Part shown: piece after piece, positions 1-14,825 of the stretch | How positions within the stretch are numbered: position 1 is the first letter of the stretch | Layout of the letters: the number at the start of each line of letters is the position of its first letter | Source: the human T2T-CHM13v2.0 reference genome, Homo sapiens | Length of the DNA: 64,000 nt | Assembly (NCBI RefSeq): GCF_009914755.1 | Contig: NC_060933.1 | Strand: one strand, 5' to 3' | Notes under the pieces: model-generated | What the model was told of the DNA's origin: nothing | The model's input: the letters and a program-made list of their open reading frames with translations, nothing else | Database searches by the model: none | Program-made: the position numbers and the translations under genes

Positions 1-792
1 AAGATACCTAAAGTGATTCCTTAAGAAAAACATTCTAATTATTTGTATTAACTAATTTTAGTTACCAGTTACAAAAATTGAAAAAGGATAATAAGATAAA
101 GCATAGGAGTGAGAAATGCTAAATTAAAGGTGGGACCATAAACAATTTTTCGCTCAAATAATTTTCCAGACTGTAAGTTCCTTGCTATGAGTGCTGACAC
201 ATAAAACAGGAAGCACAATAGGCATCTCTTATATGATTCAAATTACAAACTGCTTTATTAAGAGCCAGCTAAATACTTTCATTTTCTCTTATTAGTCCAC
301 CATATTATGCAGCCAGTTCAGGTCTACGGCATCTGATTTTAAAATGCCAGAATAAAGTTTATGCTTCTTTAACTGTCATATATGTATACATCATTTTACA
401 ATTCTCTTAATAAAAATGTAAACCTTAGGGCTTAGTTCTTCTAATTAAAACCATTGTTTTCATTCTTGTTAACCTATGTGAGGAATATAAGCTACTGAAA
501 TGGACTGTCACAGTACTTCCCCGTTTAGAAAACTTAAAAATAATTAGTTTTGTTCTTAAAAAATGATATTTAAAGCATAAGCACAATTTGGATCTCTAGC
601 TAAAAGACAAGTAAAAACCAAAACAGCAATGGAAACAACCTGTAAGCTAGAAACTCAGTACTGGAGAAAAAGGAATTGAATTGCAATTTAAAAGACTGCT
701 ATAATATGTGATTTTGCCGTTAACGTGTGAAGTATATATGACTCAAATTTTACTTCTTAAATACACTATGTGGTTGAACTGTTTTAAAATAA

Positions 793-1488
<696 letters not shown>

Positions 1489-1707
1489 TAATATTAGTGA
1501 TGACGAGAAAAATACTTTCTTTGAGATAGAACTTACTTCTGCCTATCAAATCATAGCCAATGGATAACTTCATCCTTCATATTACCAAAGTCCTTAGCTC
1601 TTTAATTATTCTGATTGTAACAGGATAATCTATCTGGAAGTTTTGGGTTTTTATACATCTACTTTTATTCCACTAACATATTTCTTGGAAGAGTAATGCT
1701 GATCTAC

Positions 1708-2336
1708 AACAGTAATATCCGATAGAAATATGTGAGCCATTATAATCCGAGTAATTTTTAATTTTCTGGTAGTCACATTAAAAAAGGTTAAAAGAGGCTA
1801 GGCGTGGTGGCTCACGCCTGTAATCCCAGCACTTTCGGAGGCGGAGGCGGGAGGTGGGTGGATCACTTGAGGTCATGAGTTCCAGACCAGCCTGGTCAAC
1901 ATGGCAAAACCCCATCTCTACTAAAAATACAAAAATTAGCCTGGTGTAGTGGTGCCTTCCTGTAATCCCAACTACTCAGGAGTCTGAGGCATGAGAATTG
2001 CTTGAACCTGGAAGCAGAGGTTGCAGTGAACCCGAATGGTGCCACTGCACTCCAGCATGGGTGATAGAGAGAGACTGTCTCAAAAAAAAAAAAAAAAAAG
2101 TTAAAATAGCTAAAATTATTTTTAGTAATATATTTTATTTATCCCAGTTTATACAAAATATCATTTCAACATGTTGTCAATATTAAAATTACTGAGATAT
2201 TAAAAAAAATCTTGGTACTAAGTCTTTGAAATCTGGTATTTTACACCTAAAGCACATCTCAATTCACAGAAGCCACATTTCAAATCTTCAACTGTCACAT
2301 GTGGCCACTGGCTAGTACTGGACAGTGCAACTCTAG
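1708..2336. mobile_element. MER33-like hAT-Charlie DNA transposon remnant split by an Alu
   Basis: Resembles MER33 as recalled (AGCCACATTTCAAAT...CACATGTGGC...TGGACAGTGCA end); judged by eye. Confidence 0.65.
1797..2099 (+). mobile_element. AluS element
   Basis: GGCTAGGCGTGGTGGCTCACGCCTGTAATCCCAGC start, A-rich linker, poly-A tail. Confidence 0.95.
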
Positions 2337-4335
2337 AATATTTAAAGTAATACTTAGAACTTTTATCAGGAAATTGAGGTAAAACTCACACTTACACTTA
2401 AAGCTTTAGTAAAATTAGAGACGCTGATCATAACATTCATGAGACTGGATGCAAAACATGAACTTATTTTTAATTTTCAGCTAGCTTTATTTTACCCATG
2501 CTTCCTTTTTCCATCACTAAAAAGTGAAACTTCAACACGGTACAAACTAAACAGTAAGTAGTTACTAAAACCTTGTTATGAAGTTTTTTTTAGCGTTCTT
2601 AGCTATTGCAAACAATGTAGAAGTTCAACTTTTGAATATAAAATCCTGAGTGTAAAGAAGAATGCTTTGCCAAAATGCAAATTTTTGGTTTTTTCAAAGT
2701 GGAAGACAGCAAATTACAAAAGCAGAGTATGATTTAACAAAAATATATGAACAAAGGACGTAAGTCTTCTTACATGTCAGGTTACCACAACAGAAATAAC
2801 AGATCAGGGGTAACTCAAAGGATCCACTAATGAACACGAGTGTAATTAAATCCTCATAGAACAAGTGCCTGTTTGAATTATAACATCTGCTTTTTCTAAA
2901 CGTAACTAGAATATGTTTCACATTCTGTCCTCCTAGCAATTTTCCAAACTCTAAAATTTTGAAAACATTAATCTCCAAATCAACGAAAATGTCAATATTG
3001 AAAAGCAGTCTTTAACAGGATGTAACGACCTCTATTTCTTCAAAAATTGAACGTGGAAGTAAACAACGTAAGAAAGGCATGTGAAGCTACAACAGTGGTA
3101 TAGCTTTTTAGACAGCTAAAAGGTTTTTTAAAAAGGAGAATCTATTAATATTCTTAATATCGTAAAAAGCTTTTAACTAAGTTTGTATGTTTAACCATTA
3201 AAAGGCTGCACTGGCTAACATTTGTTTCTTTGCTTTTGAGTGACTTTATACCACTGTGGTATAGCAACGTTAGCTTTCTCAGGTTAACCAAAAGTTCCTA
3301 CTGGAACTTAAAAGTTTGGCCAATACAAAATTGGAAAAAAGATTACTTAAAGCACTTTATTTGGGATACAAACTCACCCACCCACAATGGGTAGGGGGAG
3401 AGTAGAAATGAAAAAAAGGAAGGCCGTGGGTAAGGGGAGAGGAGGAATTAAAAAGGGAACCCAAGGGTTATGAAAATATAAATAAATCACTGGATTAGAT
3501 TTACTTTATGCCAGTGATTACTTGAGTCAATTTTGGTGTGAAGGATTTATCTGCCGGTATCTTAAACGGCTGCCTTGGGATTTGAAGGATGGAAATGACA
3601 GCTACCCTCATCTTCTCCCATCCTGAAAGCTAAGGATAGAAAAAAGTACAGCTGCTTCTCTGGGAAACAAAGATGCTTTCTACCATTCTTCTAAGATGGT
3701 GGAAGAGTCTCCTCAAGAGGCTACACCAAAAAGGAAAAATGAGAGAGGGAAAGAAGAAAGCCATAGCAGAATTTCCTGGCTGTGTTTCATGCCATTGCTC
3801 CTAGCCACAACCCCTGTGCAACCACTCAGGTCCGGCCGTCCCCATCCTGGGAGGTTAAGCCCTCCCAGGGCATTGTTTGGCCGGGGTTCCTATTTACCAC
3901 TCAGATCGCCTCCACCACCCTCTACGCTAGGGTCTCGGGAAGCCCCAGGGCAGAAAGCTGAAAAGCTAGGAGAAGACTTGGTTTCGAGGACCTCTTCCAA
4001 ACCCCCTTACTAACTGGTGTAGAAAAGGGAGAGTGAAGCCGGGCCTTTGCTTGGGTGGGTTCGTTAGGGGTCAGAGGCGTCCGCTCGGCCAGTGTCGAAG
4101 GAAGGTGGCCATTTGAGCCGGTCGCTCCGCATCGAAAAAGCCCTACCAGAGAGAGGGGCCTCCGCAGGGCCCGGGTTCCATCCGAGTGTCAGGTGCGGCC
4201 CTCAGTTCCCAACCCTCGAGGCACCAGGGGCGACAGCGCACAGGCCCCAGGGCTGAGACTGGTCTCCCGCCCGACCGCCGGGGACCAGGCACCCGGGCTG
4301 GGGCCCGAGCCGCATCGTGCCCGCCCCCGCCCTAC

Positions 4336-4590
4336 CTGAGGGGGCCCGGGCGGGGTCGCTAAGGGCCGCTCCCGGGAGCCCCGCGACGGCGCGGCTTGGC
4401 GACGGAGGCGCCTCGTCTCGCCGGGGCAGAGCTCGGCGGAGGTTTCACGACCTCAAACTCCATCGGGAGCTACAGGGACAGCCCCGTTGGCGGCGGCGAA
4501 GGCCGCGACGGGGCCTCCTCCTCCTCCCTCCACCTCCGCCTCCTCCTCCTCCTCCTCCTCACCACGGAGGCGGACCTGGAGGGATCCCGA
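4336..4590 (-). other. RC3H2: Putative non-coding exon 1 of RC3H2 (Roquin-2); intron 1 runs off the left end of the window
   Basis: Minus-strand donor CAG|GTAGGG at 4336/4335 and a GGA-rich leader. TSS is approximate and no coding sequence is present. Confidence 0.6.
4515..4561. repeat. (TCC)n / (GGA)n low-complexity tract
   Basis: CTCCTCCTCCTCCCTCCACCTCCGCCTCCTCCTCCTCCTCCTCCTC read directly. Confidence 0.9.
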
Positions 4591-5476
4591 TCTAGCTCTC
4601 GCGAGAAGTTACTCCCCACTTAACGCGAGATTACGCAAGCCCGGGAGTCGGGAGTTGGAAGGAAAGCGTAGTAGCCCCAGCCACCCAAACTGCGAATCAA
4701 CTTCCCTCTGCCTCAGCGGATCCACCCCGATCACGTGACAAGGGAGCCCCGGAGCACTGTGGGAGGTACTGTGAGAAGGACTAGGCAAGCCGAAGGGATT
4801 GATGGGAAATTCCCTGCACATTCATCTGCGCCTTGAGCCGGCTTCCTAGACGCTGGTTTGAGCGAGTGTCTTAACTCCCTTCGTGAAAAGCGTGGAATCC
4901 ATTGAGCAGAATCTGATACATCTGTGTCACATTCTTCTTCACACTCCTGTGATGACATGCCGACAGGATCCCTCAATCCCTTTACAAAGATGTCAAGTAA
5001 TCTCCCCATTACAAAAACAAGAAGAAAACATGTATTTGGCAGGCACTTCCACATCTCACTTCTTTATTAAAGAGAAAACTCTGTTTCTAGACAAAGAGTC
5101 CAAAGTGGGGGGGGAGGGGGGGAAGAAAGCTCTGAGCTCCTCAAAAGCTGGCAAAAATAAAAAATTTAAGCACAAATTCTGGCATCATATCTCAAATATT
5201 TGTTGAAGCTTTTTACACAGCGAACTAAGGTAAGAATTATTCTTACAGTTTATAATTTATAGATGAAACAGACTTGGAATAGGGATATCAGAATTAACAT
5301 TTATAAACTACTTAGTATGTGTCAGGCAGGTCCTGTGTTAGGTGATATTTAATTTTAAATATTTTAGTTTTATTTACATTTCATTTAATTAGCAAAGTGA
5401 TCCTAGAAGACAGATACAATGTACCCCTTGTTACTGATGAGAAACTAAAGAATGTAGGCTAGAAAATGACCATGAC

Positions 5477-5798
<322 letters not shown>

Positions 5799-6114
5799 TT
5801 AAACTCAAGGCACTTTCCAATGTGAAATCAGATGCCCAACAACAAAAATATCGAAGTAAACCTACGATAAATTAGAATATGGAAAGGTTGCTTCTACAGT
5901 TTTAACAAAATATATAGTTATTACCTATTATATTTGTCTGAATGACAGGCAAAAATCAGTGTTTTTGAAAAAAGATTCATTGGCCACATCGAAGACGTTT
6001 CTTCCACACATTATCTTTTTCGTTCTCTTCTCTTTATGAAACATATGCCAGGCCTAGAGAACTGTTAACAACCAATAATTGTTTCAGTAATTTCAACTGG
6101 ACAGTGATAGGTAA

Positions 6115-6977
<863 letters not shown>

Positions 6978-7297
6978 TGACCACCATATTTAAAATTGCA
7001 ATTCCATCCCCCTTCTCTGGTACTCCCTATTCCTGATTTTTCTCCAAATTCCTTCTCAAAATTTGACATACATGGATTTTACTTACTTGTTTACTGTTTG
7101 TCTCCCTTCACTAAGATGTTTCACAAGAGCAGGAATTTTTGTCTGTATACCTAACTTATATTTCATTGTAAGGACTCAGGAAGTATTTGCTAGATGAATG
7201 ATTAATGTATAGTCAGGAGAAATTGTATCCTTTAAATTGTATCCTTTAAAATTCAAAGATGAAGACAAAACACATTGTTCTCCATTCCCACCTCCAG

Positions 7298-7303
7298 TTT
7301 ATT
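7298..7303 (-). terminator. ZBTB6: Likely distal poly(A) signal of ZBTB6
   Basis: AATAAA on the minus strand at the end of a long Alu-free AT-rich UTR, with GU-rich sequence downstream. A candidate proximal AATAAA is at 9626-9631. Confidence 0.55.
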
Positions 7304-8919
7304 ATTTCTTATGTAAACATGTAAGATAGTTACATCCCAGGAAAAAGGGCAAGTGTTTTTCTCTGACAACGAAGTAACAACTACCTTTTCAAGATCTTTT
7401 ATATGTAAATGGAGTAAATGAAGAGGCTGAACTCAAACACTTTTCATTTTTCTGTCATATCAGAAACATAAACTAAATGTGAATATGTTAAATGAATAAA
7501 TTCTATACTTTGTCATACCTGAACTTTAAAAAAAGATTCCATTTTCCTGAAAATTTTTAGACATATCATGCAAACAGACACTCTCCTAGGAATGTTTGGA
7601 GATCATTCCGTGCTACTGAACAGGAATAAATAATATAAATAATAACCATCACTTTCACAAAACACCCCTCCCCCAGCAAAAATCTCAAAGTGCTCACAAA
7701 AAATTTTACAACAATCTTACAAGGCACACATAAAACTTAAACATAGTTTCAACCAATTTTTTTTCAAATATCCAAGATAGTAGATACTAATTCTTAAAAA
7801 ATCAGAGTACTATTCTTTTACCCTCTCCTCCCATCTCCATCCTTCCCCCTTCCCCCCACGCCATTTTATAATAGGAAGCAAAAATAAGAAAAGTACTTCA
7901 ATCACTAGTAAACTATTTCTGAAAAGAAAATATTTTCACACCAACAAATGGCCAATCTTAGGTCAAATGGAAGCAATGAACTATGAATGAAAAATTAGCA
8001 ATGAGCTATCACACTTTCCAGTGGAAAAAGATCCACTAATTAGAAAAATTATGTCTCCAATGGAGTACTTAAGTAACAAAGTTCATAAAGACACAAAACC
8101 GTCCTCTCTTGCTTTCCCCTCTTCTGTTCTCAGGAAGAATTAAATACAAAATCATGGAATTTTAGACCTGGAAATGATCTTTCAAATGACCAAGATCAAA
8201 GTTATTTTACATATAAAGTTAAAAAGTTCAAGGAGAAATTCAGCACAATGTCGCTAACTAGTAACATTGGGTTATGAAGTCGGTTTTTTCATCAAACGAG
8301 ACCTGCATTCTTGAAAGTCTCAAGGAAAGTTAAAATTCAGTGGAGAATGTCTTTCCCACAAAATTGTCAAAAAAAGGTTAACACTTATAACAACGAACAT
8401 GTGATTCATTCATCACACAATTTTTATAAATGGTACAAAGTATATTACATTTTAAAATACAGAAGGGCTTCAATAGAAATTAAATACAGTAGAAATTCTA
8501 CATAAAGCTAAGTTAACTAGAGGAGGACTAGAACAGCTTCAAAGAAAGATGCATCTAGTCAGTCTTCTTTACGAAAAGCAGTTCCTGTGTTTTAGAGAAT
8601 ATTATTTGCCCTGCAGTATATTTTAATCTTTGTTAAAATAATTTATAAAAGTTTTGTGTTATATGTAGACGGAGATGTTAGAGAACTATGGCTCAGAACA
8701 CCATCTCAAATATGACTCTCGCTAAAATAATCATACAGTCATAGTTTTCCTTTTGGCATATTTTTGGAAATATAAAACTCTAGGGATGGTTAAGATTTTT
8801 ATCAACACATAGTGAATGGAAATTACATTAATGTAAATGAAAAAATACAACACTAATAGCTACACCTTTTTAAATTGCTCATCTAGTAACAGCTAGAATA
8901 TATATTGCCAATTCAAAAT

Positions 8920-9230
8920 TTAAAATGACATGGATGAACCTCAAAGTCATTATGCTGGGTGAAAAAGCATTTCAAGAGGGAACGTACTATAAGATTCTGT
9001 TTATATGACAGTCCAGAAAAGGCAAAATAATAGTGACGGAGAACTGTTGCCAGGATTAGAGCTAGAAGGAGCTGACTACAAAGGGACAGCATAAGAGAGC
9101 TATTGGGAGTGAAGGAACTGTTCTGTACCGACTGCAGTAGTGGTGCACAAATCTTTCTGTTAAAATTCACAGAACTATACACCAAGAAGAAATTTCAATT
9201 TTACTTCATGTTAAATAAAAAATAAAATAG
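8920..9230 (+). mobile_element. Old L1M 3'-end fragment inside the ZBTB6 3'UTR (antisense to the mRNA)
   Basis: ACATGGATGAACCTCAAA...CATTATGCT...TCCAGAAAAGGCAAA pattern typical of L1M 3' ends. Confidence 0.7.
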
Positions 9231-10022
9231 AGAGGAACTTTTAAAACAGTAGAACAGATATCCCTGGTAAAGGTAGAATTTCTCATTTTTCACAGCTTCA
9301 TGCCAATGGTATAATTTTACTGGCCACAAAATTATTAAATCCGATTGTATTAAATAAAATCAAGAAACTCGGGCCCAATGAACCATTTCTTAAGTATGTA
9401 TACTAATAAGGCATGGAAATAAAAGTATTTTAAGGATTATTAACCCTGTATAAAAAAATTCTGCTATTCCCAAGTGAATCTGAATTGTTACTTTATACAT
9501 TTTAAAATGAAAAGTATCTTGGTGTTTAGTTTGGAATCCAAGAACAGCTGGTAAAAAGTTAAAAAAAAATTTTTTTAGTGCCATCTGTTCTAAAGTGACT
9601 AGAAACAGGTAATAGTGTTTTTACCTTTATTTTCTCTTCTTGTTATCCTAATTCATTAAAGTTTTTATATGATTGGATTTTATACTTAAATCAATTACCT
9701 AGAGACTCCAAATCGGAATCTGCAAATACTGCTGGATCCTTTGTCACTAGAATCAAGAATATATAAGAGAGGAACACTATTTCTCTAGGGATACTACTGA
9801 GACTTATATGTAAGGTATGAGATGAGACAGAATCCCATCAGCTTTACTGTGCCTCCCATAACTTTGGAACTGTTAGAAGTTCAGAAAGAATGATTATGTG
9901 TAAGCCGACAAAATATAAGAAACAAAGATTGGGGGGATGAAATATTACAAATGCTGCATCTCTACAGAAAGACTTGCGTAATAGAATAATACAAACGTTA
10001 TATAACAAGTCTGTGATTATAA

Positions 10023-11297
10023 TTATAGTAGACTTTGCCTTTTGAGATCAGGCCTAGATAGTTTTTCACCACTGCTTCTGCCATGGACAGAGGTTAAGTG
10101 CTTTTTGAGAGCAGACTTGTGCTTGAAATCCATATCACAACAGTGGCATTTGTATGGCCGATCCCCACTGTGTATGTTCAAGTGGTCCTGAAGTGTGCTT
10201 TTGGCAGTAAATGTCTTCAAGCACACAGTACACTGAAAGGGCCGTATGCCCATGTGTCCTCGGATGTGTCGGTTGAGATTTTTCTTCTGTGTAAATGTTT
10301 TTCCGCACTGTAAGCATAAGAATAGTTTATGCATTTTAAGGTGGCGCAGATAGTTTTCAACATGAAGAAAGCCTCGAGGACACCTGGGGCACTGGTGCCT
10401 CAGTGAATAACCTTCCTCCAGATTCTGAATCTCACTCACTGTACCATAACTTCCTTCAGTATTCTCACAAAATAAGCCCTGATCTTGATTCCCAGGAACT
10501 TCAGCCACTCTGCTCTCAACTGTAGAATTGATCAATGAATGCTGTGTTTCAGAGAAATACATGCTTGCTTTTGAAGAGGTACAAGGCTGTGAAAACTGCC
10601 CATTTTCGACACCAGCTGTACTGATGGATTCTACATGAAGGATACAAATTTCATTGTCTTTAAAACCTATGTCTACTGTAGACAGCTCTGGTGACTTCAT
10701 TTCCTTTCTCTCTGATGTCAGACTCTCTACTGTAGACTGCAAAGCATTGCTTTCCTCTTCTTTAACATGGAAATCTATGTTTACAGGACTATCTTCTGAA
10801 ATTTCAATTATCTCACAGTCTTTATCAGAATTTTCATCTTCATTCTTAACATCAGGATCAGAAGACTGACACAGGTCAGTGTGTTGGTTGTTGTTTTTCA
10901 TAGAAAGATCAATTTCCAGATACTTTGACAAAGCTTCTGTGCACTTTTCCACAATGTGAACCATCTGAAGGTAACTGGCAGCAGTCAAGTATTTCAAAAG
11001 CTCTTTCCTTTTAACTTCAAGTGCTCCAGTATAGCAAGACAGTAACAATTTTCTGCCAACTTCTGCACTCTGTAAGATGGTGATTCTGACATGTTTTGAC
11101 TGTGTGAGTAAAAACTGATCTCTCATAAAAGTGGAGCAAGCAGCCAAAATCACCTTGTGCCCCTGGAACTCAGTGTCATTAATGTAAATTGATACATCAC
11201 AAAATAAATTCTGCTGTCTCAAAAGATTCATTTTCTGCAAGACCACATCTCCTTGCTGTTCAAACTGGAAATGCAGAACATCAGACTCAGCAGCCAT
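10023..11297 (-). CDS. ZBTB6: Zinc finger and BTB domain-containing protein 6 (424 aa, single coding exon)
   Basis: MAAESDVLHFQFEQQGDVVLQKMNLLRQQNLFCDV BTB domain plus 4 C2H2 fingers. ATG at 11297-11295; acceptor TTTTGCTTAG 9 nt upstream (exon starts 11306). Confidence 0.97.
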   Translation of the reverse strand: MAAESDVLHFQFEQQGDVVLQKMNLLRQQNLFCDVSIYINDTEFQGHKVILAACSTFMRDQFLLTQSKHVRITILQSAEVGRKLLLSCYTGALEVKRKELLKYLTAASYLQMVHIVEKCTEALSKYLEIDLSMKNNNQHTDLCQSSDPDVKNEDENSDKDCEIIEISEDSPVNIDFHVKEEESNALQSTVESLTSERKEMKSPELSTVDIGFKDNEICILHVESISTAGVENGQFSQPCTSSKASMYFSETQHSLINSTVESRVAEVPGNQDQGLFCENTEGSYGTVSEIQNLEEGYSLRHQCPRCPRGFLHVENYLRHLKMHKLFLCLQCGKTFTQKKNLNRHIRGHMGIRPFQCTVCLKTFTAKSTLQDHLNIHSGDRPYKCHCCDMDFKHKSALKKHLTSVHGRSSGEKLSRPDLKRQSLL

Positions 11298-12189
11298 GAT
11301 CACAATCTAAGCAAAATAAAACACAAACATTGATGTAATAAGGATAGGGAATGCTTTCCCATGCTGTAATGGTGAAAACAAACGAAAAACCCCAAACCTG
11401 AATTAGGAAGAAGAAGACTCAAAGTCTAATGTAGGTGTTATGAACCTTTATGCCACCATCTCAAAACGAGAACTTTATAATGCACTTCTCTATGATCTCA
11501 TAGCACATTTTTCATAACTTTGTTACAACATTCATTACAATGAATTGTAGTGAACAGTTTCTAGCTTGTTTCTTTTGCTAAATGTTGTGTGCCTTGTGGT
11601 CAAGAACAATCTATCAATTTTGAATATCCAATATAAGCACTGTGACCACCAAAAAGTTGATTTAACATAATATATCCAATTAGCAACTTTAACGTAATCT
11701 CCAAACTTCCTACTCCCCACCACTACAACAGGTCCTCCTTCCGGTTCACCTGGACAACTGCAATGTCTTCCAACAGGTCTTCTTTATACCACACTCTTCT
11801 GTATGCCAGATTACCCGCCTGAGTGCCACCAGGATTAACAACCCTTATTTTATTTTATTTTTAATTTCCCTTTTCTGCTTTAAATCTTCTATCGTTCTTC
11901 TCTACCTCCGGGACAGTCCAGATTTCTTAGGAAAGAATACGAGACCCATCACGATTTGGCTCTAACCCATCTTTATGGCTTTATCACCTTCTATTCTCTT
12001 TTTCATACTCGAACCTCGTTCAATACTAAATTTTTCCATCATTACCCAGACAAAAAGACACGAATACACATTTCTTACATTCGCGTTTCCAGTTCCTTTT
12101 TTCAGCTAGTGATTAGGCTCCTTTAAGCCCAAATCAAGTAAAACTAATATGACTCCACCTCCCGTTTCAACCAGAGAGAGTCAGCTGCT

Positions 12190-12730
12190 CTCTGAGCACC
12201 GCGAGATGGTGCCTGATGCATCTGTGTTCCTGCACCGAGCTCAGGGGCCCACACAGAGCAGGAGGAGCTCAGGGAACATCTGCTGAACTGAAACCGGATG
12301 CCAGGTTCAGCACACAGGTATTCTGGAGGCAACCCTGCGAAGGGCCAAGGCCCTGTCGGCCCAGTGGTTGCAGCACAAGATTAGCCACTCCGGGGCCGAG
12401 CCCAGCTGTCCTCCTCCTCCTCCTCCTCTTCCTCAGGCACCCTCCACCTGAGGAATCTACTTTGCACTCACTCACCGACTCAGAAAACTAGAGTCAAGGA
12501 TTCCGCGGCAGCGTCTGCCCAAGCCGGAAGATGGACTTAGCCTGGAGGAAAACACATCCGGTGCCAACCAGCTTTATTCTTTACTGGGGCCCTCTAGGCG
12601 CCCCGGAAGGACATTCTGAGACGGTCTTCCTTCCTCACTTCCCCCCTCTTGGAATGACAGAAAGGCTCCTGAATGCCGGCAAGCCCCATCTCTCTTGTCC
12701 CAGTTTCGGCACTCGAGCCGTTTTCCCCCA
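12190..12730 (-). promoter_or_regulatory. ZBTB6: ZBTB6 promoter and non-coding exon 1 (about 12540 to 12476)
   Basis: GC-rich island, ETS CCGGAAG at 12524 and 12603, YY1-like AAGATGG, strong donor TCG|GTGAGT at 12476/12475. Confidence 0.75.
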
Positions 12731-12737
12731 CCATCCC

Positions 12738-14562
<1,825 letters not shown>

Positions 14563-14804
14563 CGCCTCTGAACCAATTCTTAAAGGCAGTTGCTCTGCTC
14601 CTCCAGCAACAGGTTCTCGTGGAAGTAAATGAATCTAGTAACAACTTTCTGATTAATTCGTATTTTTTTCTGAAGGCAAGCTCAGCATGCTTAATATGTA
14701 TTTTTAAGACTATACATAAAGAAGACCTTCCTGTATTCAAAGTAAAGCAATTAAAAAAGAATAGAAGGAGGGGAGAGTGAGAAAATAACCAATGACACCA
14801 GAGC

Positions 14805-14825
14805 TTTAATCGTCACACTTTTATT
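14805..14825 (-). terminator. ZBTB26: Likely distal poly(A) signals of ZBTB26 (AATAAA 14820-14825, ATTAAA 14805-14810)
   Basis: Hexamers at the end of a roughly 3 kb Alu-free UTR, followed by U/pyrimidine-rich downstream sequence. Confidence 0.55.

Larger units (their letters stand above)
4040..4900 (-). promoter_or_regulatory. RC3H2: CpG-island promoter of RC3H2, with TCTCGCGAGA (4597-4606), E-box TCACGTGAC (4731-4739), ZNF143-like site (4754-4765) and kB site GGGAAATTCCC (4804-4814)
   Basis: High GC and CpG density and motifs read directly. Gene identity comes from the known order RC3H2-ZBTB6-ZBTB26-RABGAP1. Confidence 0.75.

Noticed and set aside
4055-4821. Pro/Arg/Ser/Leu-rich plus-strand ORFs at the RC3H2 island
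   Set aside because: Stop-poor GC-rich and (TCC)n sequence with non-ATG starts and no domain.
7220-7247. 14-bp tandem duplication AAATTGTATCCTTT
   Set aside because: Ordinary slippage with no supporting context.
11298-11303. 426-aa version of ZBTB6
   Set aside because: It starts at GTG; the ATG two codons later gives 424 aa.
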